In this document: positions 55,339 through 64,000 of the stretch, piece by piece
Position numbering within the stretch: the stretch's first letter is position 1
Layout: each line of letters begins with the position of its first letter
NCBI RefSeq assembly: GCF_009914755.1
Contig: NC_060926.1
DNA length: 64,000 nucleotides
Strand: one strand, 5' to 3'
DNA from: the human T2T-CHM13v2.0 reference genome, Homo sapiens
Position numbers and translations under genes: made by a program
The notes under the pieces: model-generated
What the model saw: the letters and a program-made list of their open reading frames with translations, nothing else
Told to the model about the DNA's origin: nothing
Databases searched by the model: none

Positions 55339-57579
55339 CTATTCTTGCTTTCTTAAGATGTTGGTTCCTATTGAAACCTCAGGCAGGGACTTGAAATTAG
55401 AACTGGGTTGGAGTGCAGTCTTTAGCCATACATCTGGGTTAGCTGCCTGGCCCATTGAGGCTGCTTTGAAAAAATTTAAAAAGGGCTACTGCTGATTTCC
55501 ATGAGAATCAACTGAGATACTGGAAACAATGTCAAGGTGAATTATGTTTCTAGTGAGAATTGCTCTTATGAGGAAGCAGGAGGACAAGGACCTGAGGGAT
55601 TTGTTGGTGCACTTGAGAGGCCGCTTGTAGCCCAGGGAAGACCTGGGTGCTGGATGCAGGTTTCCTGGGTCTGGAGCTCCTGCATTGCTACTTCCTAGTT
55701 TATGATCTTGGAAATGCTACCCACTATCCTGTTTGCATGATGGAGATCATTTGAGAATCTCTCATCTAGTGTGACATCAGGAACAGAGCTGGGTCTTGAA
55801 CCAGATTGCCTGACTTTTGGTACAGCATCTCTATTCCATCTATTCCTCCAAAGTCAAATAATATAGTTTGCAGAGTATGAGGCTTGGAGTATGCTAGAAA
55901 TAACTAAGACATAGCCTCCAAATCATTTTGGATCTTTTGTTTGTCAAACATTTAAACAATTCCAGATGTTCTCTAAGGTGAGATTATTTTCTCTTTAAAT
56001 GCAAGTGTTCCCTTTAAGTGTAAACTTCTTTAAATATCCTTTAAATTTAAACTGCAGAGTTTATAGGAATTTTTGTAGTTAATAGCCATTGATACATCAG
56101 CCAAAATTACAGACAGCATTGCCTCAGTCAACACCTTCAACTTGCCAAATGCACTTATTTGTATGTACGTTATACCCCCAATTTAGAGAATAATTCAGAA
56201 ACAAGAAGCTAGTGTAGGTGCAGTGCGTTTTTATAGTGACTACAAATAGTTTCTTCAGGCTACTTTCATCATTTGTGAAAGCACATTTATTGTTTGGTGG
56301 AAAGAATGAAATGTTTGCCATAGCAACCATGGCAACCCTGGGTGTCTTCCCTATTAGCTGTAATGCGGGGAGCATCTTCAACAGCAGGAAAGAGTCCTCG
56401 GCAATTATCACCCAGATAGCATCCCTCCATTTTAAAAGCTTTGGCTGAAACTCTTGGGCTCAGAAAATTTTTAACATGATGTGTTGATGAATGGTAACAA
56501 CAGCTATTCCATTTTGGTTAATTTGGGGGAGATTAATAAGCTAAGTTTTTTTACTGTGGGAAAAAGGGAGCTATGATTTTCTTTAGACAAATTTGCAGAA
56601 ACTTTAATGCTAAATCATTCTCTATTTTTTGTTTTGGTTTGTCTTGGTTTGGTTTAGCTTTGATCAGTCTTTTGTTATTTTATTCTTTGCAAGCAAAATT
56701 TCTTGTCAATTTATTTCCTTGTTTCCATTCTTCATGTAAGTTCTTATCATATGCTAATTAGAATAGATGAAGGAAAAACTTTAAAGCATGATGAGGAAGT
56801 CTAGTTGTGAACTATTGAGGGTAAAAGAGAAACAGTTAAGGCTTAAGAATTTTCATTTTAAAAATAATGATGGTCACAGAAACAGCAAAAGTCCTATATT
56901 ATAGCATCAGCTCCCAAATTGCTGTACATATTCTTTACGCAATAAATCACATATGAGTAATAAAATTCTCAGCTTATAAAAGAAGAAAATGTTGATAAGG
57001 GAAACTATGTTATATGCAAAAATCAGAAGAGTATAAAATCACTCATACATTCACCACAGACAAAATCGCCATATACATTTATTTTCTATCATGTTTTAAT
57101 ATTGCTGAGAGGGGACCATTTCAACAACATTTTTTTTTTTACTGAGAAAGAATGCAGCCTCATGAACTGGGCAGCAGAAGACATTGAATAAAATAAAGAA
57201 TATGTTTAGAATTATTTTGGATTTTTTGAAATATAAAACCTCCCTCTCTATAAGCCTCTCTGTCAATTTTGAGAAGCTAGAGAAAGGCAGAGGGGAATGG
57301 GAATTGTGAATATGTTGAGGAAGACAGAGTTGAATGACAAAAATGTACTCCTAGATCTGGCATCTCAGAATCTCTGCTCAAATACCTACTTCCAGTGATT
57401 TTCCTCCTTACTAATTTTCTGGAGTTTTATAAACTGTTTTTTTTCCTGTTGAAGAATAATTGCAAATAGCTGGATTTACCCTATGTTTTAATCCTGGGTG
57501 CCAAATTTTCCAAACTTGCTGGACTTCAGTTTCCTCAACTTTATGATGGAGATAATGCTATTTACTTAAAAGGATATTG

Positions 57580-57992
57580 TATATTTATTCAAGTAGACAA
57601 AATTGCAGTGTCAAATAGAGTCCAATGCACAATGACTTAAACACAATAAGTGTTTAGCTCTCATTCATCTACTAGGTGAACGTGTTCAAGTAGGCAAGTA
57701 CTTTCCTTCATGTGATCTTTCCATACTGTGATTCTGCCATCATCTAGATCTTGTTGTCAGCTGCATCCATCAGTGGTGGAAAAGGAAAGCAAGTGGAGAA
57801 GGAGCACGCTAGCCTGGAAGTGGCACAAATTATTCCCACTCACATTCTTATTGGAGAGAACTTGACCACATGGCCATAACCATGAAAGTATGGAAAGCTG
57901 AAAACTGCCATTAAGCCATGCACTCACTGCAATTCTATTACCAAAGAAGGAAGAGAGAATGGATATTAGTGACTATCTGCCATAACTGCCAC
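57580..57992 (-). mobile_element. Ancient MLT1 (I/J-like) LTR
   Basis: aatgacttaaacacaataag...agcctggaagtggcaca...ccactcacattcttattgg...gaatggatatt...tgccac. Confidence 0.55.
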
Positions 57993-58789
57993 TGTATTCA
58001 TAAAAAACACTTAAAAATCACATTCCACAATAGATGCTGAGCACATTCCCTTCCCCTTCTTTCCTGCATTTGAATCTTCTCAGGAATGGTGAGAAAAAAA
58101 AAAAGAAAAAAATCAAAACTTTTCTCAAACAAAATCTGCTAAGGGCTAGCTGCTTACTGAAGAAAATCAACCACAATTTGCAAGATGTGCCTTTAAGTCC
58201 TCTATTTTTCCATCCTTAAAGACAGAATAGGATTGGCTTTATGCCCTCTATCACTCTGTCTGCATTGCAGTCCTGTACTATGAGAGACTCTGCAGGAGGA
58301 GCTGGGGCTCTAGAAAACTCTCAGTTACCAAGGAGATGTCCAAATGACTTCTTCCAAGGTGGCGAGAAAGTAGACTGAAACATCGTTAAAATGATTTTCA
58401 ATGACATAGATTGAAAGAAAAAGGTTATTGATTAACTCCTCTAAATGAAAACTTCAATTACCTCTCCCTACTTGATGTCCTGAGTTGCTTCTATGCTATC
58501 TCTACCCATGGCATAATACAGTCTGCGATAGCTCCCACATGGGCTTCAGAAGATTTGTGAAACTTGGGAACAGTAGAAGTGAATATTGTCTTTTTTACTC
58601 CTATGTGAAATAAAAACAGAAAATTTAGGCTACAAGTCTTTCAACTAAGAGAGAACTCACATTGATCTTCTGCAAACCTCAGGTGTGATACATACAAAAT
58701 TCTCGGGCCAAAACAGTTTTTGTATGTGTGTCAGAATGCCCCTACATGTCAGGTATACTGAATCACACGAGATCCAAGAATGTTAGAGA

Positions 58790-59175
58790 CTCTGTCATGC
58801 CTCTGAGATTTTGTGTATGTTGTTCCCTCTTCCCTGGCTAATCTCCATCGAACTTTCCACCTTTTTTCCTAGGATATGGCTGCACTTGCCTCAGGTTTCA
58901 CCTCTACTATTGCTATCTCTAGAAGGCCTCTCTGATCAGCTCCTGAGGCATTCTGTGCTCTGTGTACCTGCTGTTTACCTCTTGTGATGGTTTCTTTCAC
59001 ATCACATGTTTTTGTCAGCCTCTCTCTCTCTCTTCAGCACCCAGCATACTCCTGGTGCTCAACAAACATCTGCCGAATAAATGAATGATACTCTTCAAAG
59101 GCATAGTCGGTGTCCTTTCATCTTTGTATCTGCAGCACAATATCTTGACCATGATAGGTTCATAGTAAATATTCA
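58790..59175 (+). mobile_element. L2 3' fragments
   Basis: tgttccctcttccctgg...ggtgctcaacaaacatctgccgaataaatgaatga. Confidence 0.6.
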
Positions 59176-59581
59176 GAGACCGAGGAGAGAGAAGGTAATG
59201 AAAGAACACTAAAACAGGGAAGAGAAGGAAGAAAAGAAGGAACGATATATTAGTCAGAGAGAGAGAGAGAGAGCACATGTAAGCCTAGTTCATATATATC
59301 TGCAATCAAAGGCTGAAGTTGTAAGAAGAGAAATAAATAAAACAAATGTCACTAGGAGTTTGTAAGATAGAAGTCATAATGACTAAGGAAATAGGGATGG
59401 AAGCATGGAAGATACAGCTTCTGGCATGAGTCTTAAACCATGAGAGAGATTTTGATGGAGGTGGAGAATGGAAAGTAGCAGGGGGTTAAGTACAGAGGCA
59501 GGGAAGAGTAGGGCCCATTTGGGGGTAGAGTCATCTTAGTTGAACACTGTTTCATTTCCCTTTGATAGTTGAAAATTGTAG

Positions 59582-59854
<273 letters not shown>

Positions 59855-61040
59855 TAAAACTGAGATGTGCTAATGGTAACCAGAGTATATTTCCGTCATT
59901 TTCCAATATCCAGATTGTTGGTAGTTTAATAACTGGTGAGTGCCCATTAGAAATAATTAGACAATTTTTAAGGCCCATGCCCGGCATGGTTCTACTTCCT
60001 AGGAAAATTAGGATGTCTGTCGCAAATAGTTTAGTATGTTCCCCTTTTTGTAGTAAACTGGGTAATTCACTGACTGAGCCTCACTTTCTTCATCTATAAA
60101 AATTAATTAAAAAACAGATAAATGTACCAAAAAGTACGATTATTAATGTGATTATACTAATTTACTGAGTGTTTATTGACTTATTAGATTATTATATGCC
60201 AGGCACTTCACATATTTTGTAACAACACAGCTAGCTCAATTACATCATTTGATCAACATTGCCCAATGTATGAATTGTGACTTGGGAATCTTTAAAATCT
60301 GGCCTGACTTTAAAGCCACGAAGCAGCTTCTATTGTAGATTTACAAATAATTGAAAACTAAAACTACAAAACAAGTAGAAAATTTAGAATTATTCTGTCA
60401 TTGGAAACAATCTTCAGCTTCAGAGTGAAGGACAGTTTGCTCCAAGTTACAAAACAGAACTTTCCTCCCCAGTCCCAGCCCCACACTCTTGACCTCACTG
60501 TGTGGGTGAAAGGCTGTCAGCAAATTATTAATGGAGGAAAAGGTGGAGGTGAAGCAGATAGCAAAAGTCACCTGGAGGTAGCTTCAGAACCTCAGGCACT
60601 GAATAAAATAAGTTGTAAGTTTATATTATTTTTCATTGAGAAAATAAGTCACCATTTTTTAATCCAAATGTGTGTAAAATGTGAAGATACGGAAATTAAT
60701 AGCATATTCTTTCCTTTTCAGATTCTGTCCTCTTAAATCAATGCCAATTTATACTTTACATTAGTGTTGTCTTCACATTCACATTCCCATGTTGGCCCCA
60801 TCTCCCTGATAAAAATGAAATAACTTCTGTTTTATATACTCATTGTTATTTGTTAATTGCCTACCCATCACTTGGGGTTGTAATTGAAAACAGTCATAAA
60901 TTGAGGATTAAAATTAGTTATGGCAGACTGAATCCTGAGAATAGTATTAATGTCATCTTTATTCTGGGTCACTTGTAATATTAGGTTATAATATTTATAA
61001 AGGGCGTAAGTTTTCTTCATTTTCAAAAATAGTCTAAACA

Positions 61041-61267
61041 GTGAGTATACACGGAAACAAAGAGGGGAAAATAGACACCACAGCCTACTTGAAGGGAGAG
61101 GTTGGGAGGACGGCGAGAGTCCAAAATCTACCTATTGGGTACTGTGTTCAAAACCTGGGTGATGAAATCATTTGTACACTAAGCCCCAGGGACAAGCAAT
61201 TTACCCATGTAACAAACCTGCCCATGTACCCCTTGAACCTAAAATAAAAGTTGAAAAAAAAAAAAAA
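61041..61267 (+). mobile_element. Old L1PA (PA13-16-like) 3' end in sense orientation, with AATAAA and poly-A
   Basis: acctgggtgatgaaatcatttgtaca...tttacccatgtaacaaacctgcccatgtaccccttgaacctaaaataaaagttg followed by an A run. Confidence 0.88.
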
Positions 61268-62998
61268 TTGTATTTTGGGGACTATTTTATTTTTTCTCAA
61301 TTTTGAGGTCCCCATAAATTATTACAGGTTTTCATTTTGTTTCACTTTTAGTTTGAGATAAGAAATAAGCACACCTTCCATTTTGAGGAACAATTTTAAG
61401 GTTTTTATGTTGACTTTAGAGGGACAAATCGATGTGGGATTTTTTGTTTTCTCTGGTACTTGTCATTGGGACTGGTTGTCTTTAGATTGAGTTGTAGCTT
61501 TGAGTTATTGTGCCTAATTTTTTTGTTTTTAATCATGAGTTTCATCTTCTTTAGAACCAAATAATCTACTTTCAGCTTAGCCCCTGGGTTGGGATGTATT
61601 TCGAGGGATGACAATTCCTCTGGGCTCATGAGCAGGGGGCACAAAGCCTCTTTCACTTCCTCACCCTTGTCACTTTCCCTGTGTTTCTAAATGATTCCAA
61701 GCTCCTCAAAGGCAGGGATCTCTTTATATGTCCATTTAGCCCCTGTGCCCGGTATCACTAGACACATGGCAGGAACTTATTTTGGGGTGATTATTAAGAG
61801 AACTGCAGAATTACTAGGGCTCCCTGAATTGAAGGGTGGGGGCAGGAGACTTTCCCCATTCCCTACCTTGCATCCCAAACAGCCTTGACATGGTAGGGCA
61901 GGTAGAAGTTGCTGGATGGGCAGAGAAGGAAAGGCAGGGCCCTCCATCTACAGTGAGGCAGGAAATTCCAGCAACAGCTCCCCAGAGATGCTTGCAGTGG
62001 CTGCAGGGCAATTGGGAGAGAGGCAGCTTCAGGAGCAGCCTTTTACTAAGTAAGTACAGGGAGAAGTGATTTGAGGAGGGACCATTACAACTTCCAATTT
62101 AAAGAGTAAAATAGAGTGGCGTTAGGCAGGAATACCATGACCGGTCATGTACAGTAACTAGGCTCAACCCTGGAAAAATAGGTGTCCCCTTAATTAATAC
62201 TGGGATAACTAACAGTTACTAAACACCTATTACACAAGATATGTAAGCAAATGTAATTCTTTATGTATATTAAATTGTCATTCTATAAACTGGTGATTCA
62301 ATGTTAACATCTCCAGGAACAAGAGGCTTGAGGCTCACAGAGCCCAATCCAAGCTCACACAACCAGAAACTGGTGGCAAAATATTTCACAACTAAGATTT
62401 ATTCCTAAATATAGTTGGTTGCAAAACTGTAGTTTCTGTTTCTCTTTTAGTACACTGATTTATTTTTTATTTTTATTTTTTGATTTTCACAGAATTGATT
62501 TACTTTTCTCACCTCAAATGTCAACTTTGTCAAGCCAACTCTTTAAGAATAATATGAAGCCCTATTGTTTAATTCACATGTTGCTAAATATAAAAGTGTG
62601 AAGATACCAATAATACCTATTTGTATTTGTGTATGTTGTAAATAGTGCTTGGACTCTCTAAAACCCTCTAGGCTTTCAGGGTGTTTTACAAACACTTCAC
62701 AGAAATCTGTGAAATTTGCCTTGTGGCTAACTAATATTTATTGGTGATTTCATCAGATTACGCTGCTGGATTAAAGAGATTATCTTGAGAGCTTTTCTTT
62801 TTACTTTTTATTTTTAATTTTAAATTAGAATTAAGACTCTGGGTCCACCAAAACTAAGCCTTATAACTAAGACAAGAACAATAGTCAAACAAAAGGTTTT
62901 GCAAAACTGTCTAAATTGTTTTGTTTAACTTTTCAGAAAAAGTCAATGTCTAAAACATCAAGTACTGGCTTAAAGGTGGTTTATCAAGAAAATAGAGA

Positions 62999-63181
62999 AT
63001 ATATACATATATATCTGTGTGTGTGTGTGTGTGTGTAAATATATATATGCATGTGTGTGTATATATATGTGTGTGTTTGTGTGTATGTATATATATACAC
63101 ACAAATATATATATACACACAAATATATATATACACACAAATATATATTTATATACACAAATATATACATATATATATATT
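62999..63181. repeat. Compound (TA)/(TG)/(CA) microsatellite containing about 3.5 copies of an 18-bp unit TATATACACACAAATATA
   Basis: Visible directly and as YIHTNI x3 in the ORF track; occupies the tail position of the adjacent AluJ. Confidence 0.9.
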
Positions 63182-63470
63182 TGGAGAAAGGGTCTTACTC
63201 TGTCACTCAGGCTGGAGTGCGGTGGCACTTATCATAGCTGACTGTAGTTTTGATGTCCTGGGCTCAAGTAATCCTCCCACTTCAGCCTTCAAAGTAGCTG
63301 GGACTACAGGCATGCACCACCACATCTGGCTAATTCTTTTGAAATTTTTAAAACTTTCTTCTTAGAGATGGGTTCTCACTATGTTGCCCAGGCTGGTCTC
63401 CAACTCGTAGGCCCAAGTGATCCTCCCACCATGACCTCAGGTTTACAGGCTTGAGCCACCGCACCTGGCC
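63182..63470 (-). mobile_element. AluJ
   Basis: agggtcttactctgtcactcaggctggagtgc, tcctgggctcaagtaatcctccc and cactatgttgcccaggctgg are J-type; ends cacctggcc. Confidence 0.9.
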
Positions 63471-64000
63471 AATGAAGCAGAGAAGCTCTTGAATGCTTAT
63501 GTTCACCTGGTCTTCTGCGGACCCTCAAATTTTAGATAATATATAGTTTGTAGTGCTCTTTAAAATTGATTTACCAAACAATACATAGCACATCCTGAGG
63601 ATGGGACAATCCATTCACCAGTACTGAAGAGATTTATTACATTTCACAAGGTTCGCTTCAGAAAAATAATCCTAAAAGGATACCTTTGCAATGTACGGTA
63701 GCAATTTTTCATGCCCTAAAAATCCAATTTGGAGAGTTTCTGATCTGGCACTGAGTGGAATGCTCATGAATGAGGTCACCAAACAGCCACTTAGTGATGC
63801 ACCATGATTTATGCACAAGCCAGAGTCCCTCGCTTCACTAAATAATCAGGCATGAAGGTGTGTCAGGGACAAACCCTGCAACAATGTTCAGAATCTTAGC
63901 AGCTCCAAAACCTCTTCCTGATTGGTGTGTAGACATGCCAAATCATTACAAATATTAAAATTCCGACTCTGGGCAGCAACATGAGCCAATGCTTGGTAAA

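Noticed and set aside
59034-59054. REST/RE1-like TTCAGCACC (similar partial matches near 6270, 11350, 31790)
   Set aside because: Only half-sites or wrongly spaced halves; no full TTCAGCACCNNGGACAG.
63088-63160. Regularly spaced 18-bp repeats as a CRISPR-like array
   Set aside because: Low-complexity tandem units without unique spacers in a primate intron.

Overview
This is primate genomic DNA, human or another great ape (AluY, young L1PA, THE1). It lies entirely inside the large neuronal gene CNTNAP5 (Caspr5, neurexin superfamily), transcribed on the + strand. Only two coding exons are present: 39147-39251 (105 nt, [34 protein letters not shown]) and 59634-59827 (194 nt, discoidin/F5-8 type C domain, [43 protein letters not shown]...). 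They splice in frame across a 20,382-bp intron. The rest is AT-rich, CpG-poor intron containing interspersed repeats: about 11 Alus, several L1s, a complete THE1 provirus with a perfect TSD, other MaLR/ERVL LTRs, MITEs (MADE1, MER53, MER85, MER58A, MER5A, MER3, Tigger), L2/MIR and microsatellites. The ORF-track entries are repeat-derived or chance. I cannot demonstrate a new biological system here. The best leads are a stop codon nested in an AATAAA just after the weak exon-3 donor (candidate secreted truncated isoform), a MER85 with an intact CSB-PGBD3 palindrome, back-to-back THE1 LTRs with one intact DUX4 motif, two miRNA-progenitor MITE hairpins, an unexplained 29-bp repeat 2.5 kb apart, and tandem RFX X-boxes. 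Repeat subfamily names, exon numbers and the gene identity come from recalled consensus sequences, not a database search.
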